Source of the DNA: Felis catus
Lineage: Eukaryota
Length of the DNA: 64,000 bases
Assembly: GCF_018350175.1 (NCBI RefSeq)
Contig: NC_058370.1
Span: forward strand, 26,040,001 to 26,104,000
Direction of reading: 5' to 3'
Shown here: piece after piece, positions 1 to 11,200 of the stretch
How the letters are laid out: every line of letters starts with the position of its first letter
Position numbering within the stretch: position 1 is the stretch's first letter
Program-made: the position numbers and the translations under genes
Notes under the pieces: generated by a model
What the model was told of the DNA's origin: nothing
Databases searched by the model: none
Seen by the model: the letters and a program-made list of their open reading frames with translations, nothing else

Positions 1-120
1 CCGTGCTGACAGTGTGGAGCCTGCTTGAGATTCTCTCTCTCCCTCTCTTTCTGCCCCTCCCCCATTCACTCTCTCTCTCAAAAATAAATTAACTTAAAAA
101 CAACAACAACAACAAAAAAC
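1..120 (+). mobile_element. 3' part of a Can-SINE with a (CAA)n tail
   Basis: gagcctgcttgagattctctctct...aaaataaa. Confidence 0.8.
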
Positions 121-1114
121 AAGGGTATACCAGGCAGAGAGAAGCAATTCAAAGGCGCCGGGGGCAGGGAATGGCTGAACCACAAGGGGTCCCCGTGTAG
201 CTGGAGTGGGAAGGTAGAAGGGGTGAGATTAGGGAGGCAGCAGGGACAGACCACGGAGGCCTTCATGGCCAGGATGAGGTAATCCTGTGATATCCACCTG
301 CCATTTAGACCCAATAAAATAAGAAGCTGAATGAAACACATATCACAGGCATGAGGTAATACTTCCATCAAAGCAAAGATGAGCCTCTGCTGGAAAACAG
401 CTCCAAGCGGAACCCCACCACACTGCCCCACTCCAAGCACGGAAGCCAAGACCAAAACTTCCCCACCACATCAGCCTTCTCCGAGGCCCCCTCCCCCAAG
501 CAGCCGTTAGCTCCAGGGCTCGGGTGGGGATGTGCACAGAGTACTCTGGTTAACAGGACCCTGGACACACAGTGAGGCCTGGAACACGTCCCCCGCTCAG
601 ACGTCTGCTCCAGGACAAATCACTTCCTCCCCCTGAGTCTCAAGTTTCCAATCTATAGAATGAGGAGTTCAGATTAAATTAGCCCTACCATCCCAGGATT
701 GAATTTCCCTCTGGCAAACAACCAGGACAGGAAGGGACAGAGATGGGGCCTAAATGGACCTCCACCTTCCTGCTGTGCCTCACCCAGCTGCTCCCCCCAA
801 CACAGGCCTTGAATCTCCTGCTACTCCCCCCAGGGAGACGGGGCTGCCCTTCACGGTTCCACCTGCCCAGGAGCAAATGTCACAGACCTGAAGGGTCCAA
901 GGAGTAAAGACGTACAGCAGGAGGAAAACAGCAGAGGCAAGAGGGGGGAAAAAACCCTCAGGGGAAAAAAAAAAACCTACTGTGAAATGCACAGTGAGAG
1001 GTACACACGAAAATGATAGAGGTGAGACATTTGAGAGCAGAGTGAGACAGTGGGGACTGAGCAAGGATAGGATTGCAGCTTTATTTATAATGTTTTTACT
1101 TTTTTACAGGGACA

Positions 1115-1420
1115 TGTAGGTACATAGACTTGTGTGNNNNNNNNNNNNNNNNNNNNNNNNNNNNNNNNNNNNNNNNNNNNNNNNNNNNNNNNNNNNNNNN
1201 NNNNNNNNNNNNNNNNNNNNNNNNNNNNNNNNNNNNNNNNNNNNNNNNNNNNNNNNNNNNNNNNNNNNNNNNNNNNNNNNNNNNNNNNNNNNNNNNNNNN
1301 NNNNNNNNNNNNNNNNNNGAATAGAGGGAGGGAGGGAGAATAGAAAAGCAAGGAAGGGAGGGACAGAGGAAAGGAAAATGAAGGAAAAAAGAAAAGAAAG
1401 AAAAGAAAAAAGAAAAGAAT
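1115..1420 (+). repeat. (TG)n, N-gap 1137-1318, then purine-rich GA/GAAA low-complexity tract
   Basis: Read directly from the sequence. Confidence 0.85.
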
Positions 1421-2144
1421 TGACTCTGGGGTAGAGGAACTTAGAACAAAGGAACTAGATTAGAACCATCTCCAAAGGGTAAGTGCTGCCAATCAATGAC
1501 CATATATCACCAACAGCAGTCATTCCACTAAGCCTCGAGACTTAGGCTAAGACTAAGGGAAAGGAGTGGGGCCATCACCGCCTTCTACAGACAGGGGCAC
1601 CGAGTGAGGAGCACGAGGTAAAGCAGCTCACAGTCACTCCTTCATTGAGAAAATATTTTCCTGCCACCTGCTCACACTATGTGCCAGCTTCTGCACTGAG
1701 TGTTGTGTATAAACTGGTGGATAAAAGAAACCTATTAGTTTTTGCTGCTGACAGTGAAACCAGACTCCATAAAAGTTCTTGTAGCGGGAAAAACAATTGT
1801 AACTGTGCGCTAATTGTGGTGATCGTTTCCCGATATATACAAATACCAAATCATTCTGTGGTACACCCGAAACTAACATAATATCATATGTCAGTTACAT
1901 CTTAATTTAAAAAATAATACACGGTAGAGCCCAACTACTAACCGCCATACCCCACTGTTGGCCCACAGGACACGCGCTGCTTCCTCAGACCCAGCAAGAT
2001 CCGCGGGATGCCACCATCCTGGGGGCGGGCCCACTCTCAGCAGGGATGGCCACATGTGGCTGAGGCGAAGCTAGACCCTCGAGGTACCATCACACCACCC
2101 CCTCCCAGCCCCACCGCCCCAGCCTGGAGAGAGATGCTCCTTAC

Positions 2145-2275
2145 TTGGGGCTCTCTAGACCTTTGGACGGCAATAAGGTCAGCACCAGAGAGGACTTCTC
2201 AATGGCTGAGCAGGAGGCCACCATGTTCAGCTGGGGGATGAACTTGACCTGCTGGCACCAGTTGGGATGAAGAGC
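2145..2275 (-). CDS. EFCAB8: EFCAB8 exon 11 (ALHPNWCQQVKFIPQ...KGLESP)
   Basis: ctctttctag|GCT acceptor, AA|gtaagg donor, 131 nt. Not in the ORF track. Confidence 0.9.
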
Positions 2276-5200
2276 CTAGAAAGAGAGTGGCAGTGGTAGG
2301 GGCTGGAAGGGCCAGGAAGTCACCACGTCTAATACCCTCTAGTGATCACAGCTCTGACACAGCAACATGGCCCCAGGATCCCAGCCTAGTCCTGTGGCAT
2401 CACTTGGTCAGTGAGACAGGTGAAAAGCGCCCAAATTTATAAGTTAGAGGACAGGCAAGGTCAGGCCCATGTGACATCACTGTCACCGCATCCCACGCAG
2501 GAGAAAGAACAGATTGGAGTCAGCCAAGCCCTCAGTCCCTCTTATCCACAGGGAGCCTTGGATGCTTCCCCATGGGAATGTTACCTGGTGCAAGTTAGGC
2601 AACGAAAGGCTGAGACCCACAATCCAGGGGGCAGCCTTGATGGCACAGGCTCAGAATTCTCTAGCTTTGGCTCTGCGGGTCAGCCCTGTGCTTGGCCTCC
2701 ACATTGGGGACCTCCCTCTTCAGGACAACATGGAGGGGGCTGCGGGCACTGGGCTAGGTTTTGCATATGCTGCCTCACTGAGCATCTGTCATGGTGAAGG
2801 TGCCAAATCCAGGGCACCAGACAGAATGTGGGACACTCAGCAACTGGGACAGAAAACCAAGCCCAAGATGAGATTCCCACAGAAGACAGAAAAGACAGTA
2901 TTTGTGGGTGACTCTCCCTGATAGGGTCCCAGGGTCTGAGGGATCCAACCTGAAAAGAAGCATTTAGGAGCCTGGGACCACACAACTCAGTCTGCCCCTA
3001 GTGTCAGATTCATTCATTCATTCGTTTGTTTATCTGTTCAACAAATGTACTGGGAGCCCACTAAGGCCCAGCCCTTTTAGGCACTGGAGACAGGACAACA
3101 GGCCAAGTGCCTGTCCTTAGGAGCTGCCAATCCCGAGAGGGTAACAGGATGAGAAACGAATGGGTAGACAATACAAAGTTGGAAGGTGGTAAGCTGTGAT
3201 ACCGTGATTTGTAATAAATATGTATTTGGGGGCGTCTGGGTGGCTCAGTCAGTTAAGCATCCAACTACAGTCATGATCTCACTGTTCGTGAGTTTGAGCC
3301 CCGCATTGGGTGAGCTCAAGCCCTGCTCCGGCTCCACACTCTCTCTCTCTCTCTCTCTCCCTCTGCACCTCATGGGATTCTTTCTCCCTCTCTCTGCCCC
3401 TCAATTGCATGCTCTCTCTCAAAAATAAATAAATTAAAAAAAAATTTTTTTAACGTTTATTTATTTTTGAGACAGAGAGAGACAGAGCATGAATGGGGGA
3501 GGGTCAGAGAGAGGGAGACACAGAATCTGAAACAGGCTCCAGGCTCTGAGCTGTCAGCACAGAGCCCAATGCAGGGCTCGAACTCACGGGCCGCGAGATC
3601 ATGACCTGAGCTGAAGTCGGCCGCTCAACCGACTGAGCCACACAGGTGCCCCTAAATTTTTTAAAAAAGAAGTATGTATTTGGTCTTCGTGCCCATTTCT
3701 GGCACAGAACTCCTAAATCCCTCAGAACTTCCTAAGTGGTAAGAAAGTGTTCCTACTCATAACAAACCCGTGTCAACCACACTTGAGTTTACATTAATGA
3801 GATGACTTTTGGAAAGCCCTTGGGGATGGGGACTGGTTGCCAGGGAAACCAAGCAGGAGCCGGGAGGGTTGGAACTTTCAGCCCCATCCCCCTGGCCCCT
3901 GGGGAGAGGAGAGGAGCTGGAGGATGAATTGGTCGTCAGTGGCAATGATGTGATCAATCATACCTATGTGATTAAACTCCAAAAAAACCCCAAAAGGACA
4001 GGGCTCAGAGAGCTTCCGGGCTGGTGAACATGTGGAGGTGTGGGGTGAGGCTTGTGCCCAGAGATGGCAGAGAAGCCCCAGGCCCCCGTTCCCCACACCT
4101 TGCCCTCCGCATCTCTTCAATCTCGCTATTCCTAAGTTGTATCCTTTTCTAATAAAGAGGTGCTCTAGTAAGTAAAATGTCTCTCCAAGTCCCGTGAGCC
4201 ACTCTAGCCATTTAATCAAACCCAGAGAGTGAAGGGAAGCTCTGATTTATAACCAGCGGGTCAGAAACACAGGTGACAACCTGAGCTTGTAAGTGGCCTC
4301 TGAAGTGGAGGGCGGTCTCGTGGGACTGACACTTAACCTGTAGGGTCTGACGCTATCTCCAGGTAGAGAACTGTAGGCCACCCAGCTGAGGCCTGAGAAT
4401 TGCATGGTGGTTTGGGAAAAACACATTGCAGTTGGTGTCAGAATCGTATCAATGCTGCAGCAGGAAGGGCCAAGGGCAGAGGCAGGCAGCAGGGCTGTTC
4501 CGGGCTGGCTGGTTAGAGCACTGAAGGGAGAAGAGAAAGGAGCAAACAGGGACCTAAGGGAGAACCCAGCAGCCTGAGGGATAGAGCGTGGCAAGGCCCT
4601 GAGGCGGGAAAAGGCTTGGCATGTTCAGAGAACAGCAGGATTGCCTCTCTGCAGCTGAGTAAATGGGAAAAAGAAAGGTAGAAAGCAAGATGGGGGGCAG
4701 GCAGGGGCCAGGTCACCTTGTGTCCTGATGGTCATGGTAAGCACTTGAGATTCTGTTTGAACGTGATGAGAAGCGATGGGGGATTATTTTTTTAATGTTT
4801 TTTTTTAACTTTTTAAATGTTTTCTTATTTATTTTTGAGAGAGAGAGAGAAAGGGACAGAGCACGAGCAGGGGAGGGGGCAGAGAGAGAGGGAGACACAG
4901 AATCTGAAGCAGGCTCCAGTCTCTGAGCTGTCAGCACAGAGCCTGACGTGCAGCTCGAACTCAGGAACGGTGAGATCATGACCTGAGCTGAAGTCGGACG
5001 CTTAACCTAGGTGCCTACCGGGGGATTTTGAGCAAAGGAGTGACATGGCTGGTTCTAGCTCATAATTCCTCTGGCTGCTGAATGGAGTAAAGCACTGCAT
5101 GGAGAAAGGAAGGTGGAAACAGCTAGAAGCCACTGCAGCCATCCAGGAGAGAGGCGGTATCTGCCAGGACCAGACTTGAGCACTGGAGGTGGTGAGAGAG

Positions 5201-8200
5201 ACGAGCCACCCCCAGGGACACCTACGTTCTCTGCACAGAGAGCTGCAGGACCCGACAGCTGCCTTCGTCCTCCCAGTGACCAAGCCTCAAGGCTTAAGAC
5301 TGAACCCAGCGGGCGAATCCACTTTTGAGTGGCTCCTGGGTACAGATAATCACCATGGTAACGGGCGATGACTTACTTTCAGCCAGTAACTTCTATACAA
5401 AGGGGACTTTTCATTTAGGAGCTTCCGTGCGGAAACGTTGGTCCAGTGATCTGGTAGGAGAGAAAACCGAGGTCCACATCACCAGCTCCCCACCTTGCCA
5501 GACCAACAAAAACCCCAGAGGACACCTCGAGTTGGTTTGCCACTCCTGTATGTCTCAAAACTTTTCCATCCAGGGGCGCCTGGGTGGCGCAGTCGGTTGA
5601 GCCTCCGACTTCAGCCAGGTCACGATCTCGTGGTCCGGGAGTTCGAGCCCCGCGTCGGGCTCTGGGCTGATGGCTCGGAGCCTGGAGCCTGTTTCCGATT
5701 CTGTGTCTCCCTCTCTCTCTGCCCCTCCCCCGTTCATGCTCTGTCTCTCTCTGTCCCAAAAATAAATAAACGTTGAAAAAAAAAATTAAAAAAAAAAAAA
5801 ACTTTTCCATCCAAAAGCTCATTCCAGCCTTACCGTGTCCTGGTGAATTCAGTGGGATGAACTTGACACAGAACACAGACACATGCAGGTAACACTGTTG
5901 CCCAGAGCCCTATGCCAGGGCTCACAGAGCTGGCCCCACATCTCGGGACTTCTCCCTCTCCCCACATGCTGCAATCTAAATGAGGTGATTCTCTTTTTTT
6001 TTTTTTTAGTTTTTATATATTCATTTATGTTTTAAAGTTTATTTTGAGTGGGGCGCCTGGGTGGCGCAGTCGGTTAAGCATCTGACTTCAGCCAGGTCAC
6101 GATCTCGCGGTCTGTGAGTTCGAGCCCCGCGTCGGGCTCTGGGCTGATGGCTCAGAGCCTGGAGTCTGTTTCCGATTCTGTGTCTCCTTCTCTCTCTGCC
6201 CCTCCCCCGTTCATGCTCTGTCTCTCTCTGTCCCAAAAATAAATAAACGTTGAAAAAAAAAATTTAAAAAATAAATAAATAAATAAAGTTTATTTTGAGA
6301 GAGAGAGAGAATGCGCAAGTGAGGGAGGGGCAGAGAGAGATGGAAGGGGAGAATCCCAAGCAGGCTCCATGCCATCAGCATGGAGCCTGATGAGGGCCCA
6401 ATCTCACGAACTGAACTGTGAGATCATGACCTGAGCCGAAATCAAGAGTCGGACGTTCAACCGACTGAGCCGCAGCAGGCGGCCCCTAAGGTGATTCTCA
6501 TTTAGGGAGCTCCAAGTCTGCTGGAGTGGAGAACAAATTGAGACCCTAGGCTCTATTCATTCTGAAAGGGATCATTTGGAAGTCTACCATCATGCTTCGA
6601 ACTACATGCCCCGCCTTGTCTTGCAAACACAAGTTCCAAGGGGGGCACCCAGCAAGTGTGCCTGGAGCAATCACACTGAGCACAGCCTGGCCCTCATGGC
6701 GGCGTTCAGGGTCTCCTGGCCCCCGCAACCTCCCACGGCCAGCCGGTGGCCTGGGAGCCTCCAAGGAAAGGCCCCGGGTGCAGGCAGATGGGGCCAGCAG
6801 TGATGGGACAAGCACGGGTCTCCCTGTAGAGCAGGCTTTAAGGAGGTGGGTCCCAAAGACTGGGACAATCTGGGCTCAAGTCTGAGAGAAACTCTCAGGT
6901 AAAAGGCAGAAAAGAGAAGGGGACCTGGCGGCTTATGCCAAGCATTTTATGCTGCAAAGTCACCAGCCCCATCTTGCAAGGGCAGGAGGAAGCTTGAAAA
7001 GGAAGTCCCAAGGGGTGGAGTGTTGCAGAAGTGGGGCAGGCACGGGAAGGCGGAAGCTTAGCCAGGGGCCTCACTTCTAGTGTCTGCCTCGACCACGAGG
7101 CTGGGAGAGCCCCGGGAGGTCAGGGGAGGGAGTCCCCCTGTCCTTACTGTGCACCTCACCCCATATGCCCTCCTCCCACCTTATAGAAAAGCCATGAATT
7201 GAGTATGCTCTCCCTGTTTTAAAGGGAACTGAGGTGCAGAGAGGTCAAGCAACTGGTTCCAGCTCACACAGAGCTGGTCTGTCCAACTCCTCCCAAGTCA
7301 ACACACGGGTGAGCCCACCTTCATGTTCCTCCCCAGCCTTCAGGCAGCGTGTGGCATGGAAGGACTCCTATCCTACACTCCGGCTTCATCCGTACCCGCT
7401 CCGATCTCCCATCTAGCACAGCTCAACGACTACCACAACTTCCCACGCCATTTCCCAGGGTGCCACAGCGTGACCGCGGCCGGGCAGGGCAGGCACCAGA
7501 AGCAGAGGCTCATGAGGCAAGGATATAGGAGGGTGCCAGCCCACTGCTGTATCCAGGGCGGGATCTATCTTCCATCCGGCCAGTGGGGGGGAGTGGGTCA
7601 CCAAGGCCGGGGAGCCCTTGCACGGTGTCCGGCTCAGAAACTCTGACTGGAAGCCCTAGGGACTGCTCTGGTGTCCTGGATGGAAGGGGAGTCAGTGTCC
7701 CCATGGCTGGGGCCCCTGGTGGCCCGGGGCCTCCTCTAGATGGATATGAAGCAGCCTGGACGCCTGACACCACGCTCCAAGGGCTCGATCCTGGACAGGG
7801 TCCAGTTCAGGCGCGTCCCTGATAGTCCCAGGCCCCAGAGCCTTGGGCCCTAGTGCCCCTGGCAGAACAGCCCTGAACAGCGTCCTTCAGTGTTTAGTGA
7901 GTTTAGGGTATAGCCCAGCAAGGGGTTAAGGTGCAGACTCGGGCAGACTGCCTGCTTCGGGACACTTACCCTGTGGGGCCTACACAAGTCCTTCACCCCC
8001 TGAACCTCCATTCCTCCTCTCTTCATGGGCTGTAACAGCAGCAGCTCCCTGCTGGCCATGGGCAGGGGGAGGGCCGTAGGAGGCAACGTGCCCAAACCAC
8101 TCGGCACGCAAATGCACAGTAAGTGTCACTGTGCTTATTCAGGTTCATGGCCATGCTGAGCCAGGCTTTCCCCCAGGCCCCACTGGGCCCACCTCCAGGG

Positions 8201-11200
8201 CAGCCCTCCTGCCCCACCCCCACCCCCCCACCAAAAGCAGCTCCCAGCTGAGAGCAGAACCCTCCTCACGACCTTGGAGAAGGTTAGTGCTGGCATCCCA
8301 AGACCCGGAAGGGGTGAGTGACTTCCACGGGGTCACACAGCTGGCACAGGTTGGTCCTTGCTGGGAGAAGGTGGGTGCGGAAGCCTCTCCCCTCCACCTT
8401 CACCTGTGCAACCTCCCACCTTCAGAGAGATTGCCCCGCTTCTCAGCCCCCTCTGGCTCTTGCGGTCACCTCCTCACCCCACGTCCCACGGGCCACTCGG
8501 AGCTGAGCCTACGGGTGTACTCCTCAGCTGAGCTGAAGTAGCCAGAGGCTCCTGAGCTGGGAGGAAGGGCCATCTCCCCACCCGCACATTCCCAGCATCT
8601 TAGCTACCCCATTTGGAGGTCCTGGGGAGGATTCGGGGGTTGAACAGCCCGTGGGTCACATTGCTGGAGGTGAAGACGATGACATTGCCTTTGGTGTCCC
8701 CATAGCAGAACACACCTCTGTGACAGTCAGACCTGAGGAAGGTGGAGACAGAAGAGGCGGGGCTGGGCGCAGGGCTGCAAGCCTCTACCTTCCCGGCCCC
8801 CATCAGCCTCCCTGCACCTGGGAGCAAGGGGCAGTTCCCACACGACTTGCCAGCTTTGCCCTCAATGGGTGACAAACATGGGCCCGGCTGCCCAGACCCA
8901 GATCACCAGTGAACTGGGGCCAAAAGAAATCAGTAATTTTTTTTGAACGCTAAAACAAACGAATTCCTGGTCCTCCAGCTGCTTGTTACCAGCTCACCAT
9001 CCTGCGGATGGACCAAGGCATTCCCAGAGCCCTCAGTCATGGCGGGACAAGCCCCTGCCGGGGTTCGATGGCTGACTTGGTCGGGCAGTGGCAGGAAGAG
9101 GGGCAGACGACTGAGTAACCCCCAAGGCGGGGCAGCTGGGCGAGGAGGACACAGACACACAGGGTGGGAATCATTCCGGGGCTGTTTCCAGAGAGGCTTT
9201 CTGGGAGTCCCAACCGCACCGAGTGATGCGGCTCCTGCCAAGACTGCACCTGTCTCCCCCCGAGACTCACCAGTAGTCTATGGTCAGGACACAACTGTCC
9301 AGATCAGTGAAGGTGAAGGCCCGGGCACAGTTGTGGTTGCTGATATCAAAGAACTCTGGGGGAGAGACGGAGGGGGAGGGCATGCATGGAGCCCAGGCCC
9401 ACGTCCCAGGCCTCGGGGGCCTCTGGAGACAACACGCAGCCTCTGCTTACCAGCCACAGCACCCCCAGAGGGCTCTAACCCACGCCCACAGTTGGCCCGG
9501 TGACGGGTCCCCAAGCGCAGACGCACGCCTTCCAATGGCTGACGGCAGGCCTGGGGCGCCGTCAGGGACTCACCTATCTTCTGGTCGGTAGATGCAATCG
9601 CTATCAGGTTCATGTTGTGGAGACAGACCATGTCGATGACCCACATCTGCTGGTGGTGGGGCTGCTGGATCTGGTTAAGCTGGCCAGGGGAAGAGCAGAA
9701 GCGACCGAGCTGGGGAGGCTTGCCTGGCAGAGCGCACCAAGACGCAGGGTCCCATGAACCCTCCCGCCACCCGAGGCCCTGGACGGGGCAGCAGAGCTGG
9801 TTTGGAGCCCAGCACTCCTACCAGCTACTGATAGGGCCTTGGACAAGTTCCCTAGCCCGAGCCTCAGTTTCCACATCTGCGAAACGGGCTTAAAGAACAC
9901 CCATCCTCACAACCCCTTTCTAGAGCCACTTGACAAGCTTCCTCAGAGTTTTAACTGTGCATGACTCGTGATCCCGGGATCTATTTCCAGGACACATCTG
10001 CAGATGTGTTCACACGTACTCACAGAGAAGTGTGTGTGAGGGCAGGCCCCGCCACACCGCTGTGATAGCAACAGGCCACAGACCACTTGGAAAGGAGAGT
10101 GGATACAAATCCACACCACAGGACACCACCCAGACATTACAAAGAAGGGGACTGTGCACACGCCATACAGAAGAGTGTCCAGGATCCATTATCAAATGAA
10201 AAGGCAAGGTGGAAAGCAGCACTATCATGTGTTACCATGCGTATATTTAAAAAGAAAGTGGTGCGGAGGGTGCATGTACAGGCTAACCGTGAAGAGTGCC
10301 CCAAAACTGGTCACAGCGGTTGCCTCCAGGAGAGAATTCGGGTGTGGGATAGGGAGAATGACTTTCCACTGACTGCCCCTCTGCAGGTCTGGCTCTGTCC
10401 CCCACCCCAGTTTTTTTTATTAAAAAAAATTTTTTTTAATGTTTTTATTTATTTTTGTGACAGAGACAGAGCATGAGCAGGGGAGGGGCAGAGAGAGAGG
10501 GAGACACAGAATCAGAAGCAGGCTCCAGGCTCTGAGCTGTCAGCACAGAGCCTGATGCGGGGCTCGAACCCAGACTGTGAGATCATGACCTGAGCCGAAG
10601 TCGGACGCTTAACCGACTGAGCCACCCAGGCGCCCCATCCCACACCAGTTTTATTGAGATATAACGAACATGTGACATGGTATTAGTCGTTGTTTGTTTG
10701 TTCTGTCTGCACTTTGTTTACCATCTGCAGATGTCCCCCGGCTCAAGTGGCTTATTGACAAGAAATCACCCAGCCGGGCTGTGAGGTGCCAGCCTCACGT
10801 AACACGCATGCAGACGGAATTCGAGCGGGCCCTCGAGGTACGGGACACCACACACAAAGTCATGTCCGCAGAAAGGGGCTTTGGTGTGCAGAGAAAAGAG
10901 GAGGCTGGCCTGATAGGCTCAGGGTCAGGGAGGATGAGAGATGAGTTAGGGGTGGTCAGCTAAGGCATTTGTAGTTTACTCCCTGTAAGAAGGCCACAAA
11001 CTCTGGACTGGAGAAAGCAGACAGCAGTACAGACTGAATCAGAAGGGAGGGCAGAGAATTAAGGCAGCTCCTCTAGGTGGCTGTGCAGAAGGGATGGCGA
11101 AGGCAGGGGCAAGAAGTGGACTGTTCCATCACAACTCAGAGACACCAAGAGCAGAGAGGTCCCTGCTGGCGGCTGGGCAGTGAGGACAGGGGGCCAGGCC

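Larger units (their letters stand above)
3195..4445 (+). mobile_element. MER21-like LTR interrupted by two Can-SINEs
   Basis: Motifs ttggaactttcagcccc, ggccaatga-like box, aataaa, gtgggactga...aacctgt...tctgacgcta.ctccaggtag resemble the MER21 consensus as recalled. Confidence 0.75.

Noticed and set aside
784-862. Exon-like 79-nt segment on the minus strand (ctgggcag|GTG ... TGG|gtgagg), open in frame after exon 11
   Set aside because: Peptide WNREGQPRLPGG... does not resemble the expected next EFCAB8 sequence (LSVLRLRKG..., recalled), and 79 nt would shift the frame. At most a cryptic exon.
1137-1318. N-gaps at 1137-1318, 27610-27774 and 61557-61688 as further hidden exons
   Set aside because: They lie in a microsatellite, an L1 and a SINE CT tract respectively. 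EFCAB8 exon phases are already consistent without them.
2120-2175. Apparent in-frame stop at the end of EFCAB8 exon 11
   Set aside because: Re-reading gives AAA GGT CTA GAG AGC CCC AA; the frame is intact, so there is no pseudogenisation.
5415-5882. 155-aa ORF and similar ORFs ([12 protein letters not shown]..., MAQSVKRPT...)
   Set aside because: Translations of Can-SINE sequence, recurring at every SINE; not genes.
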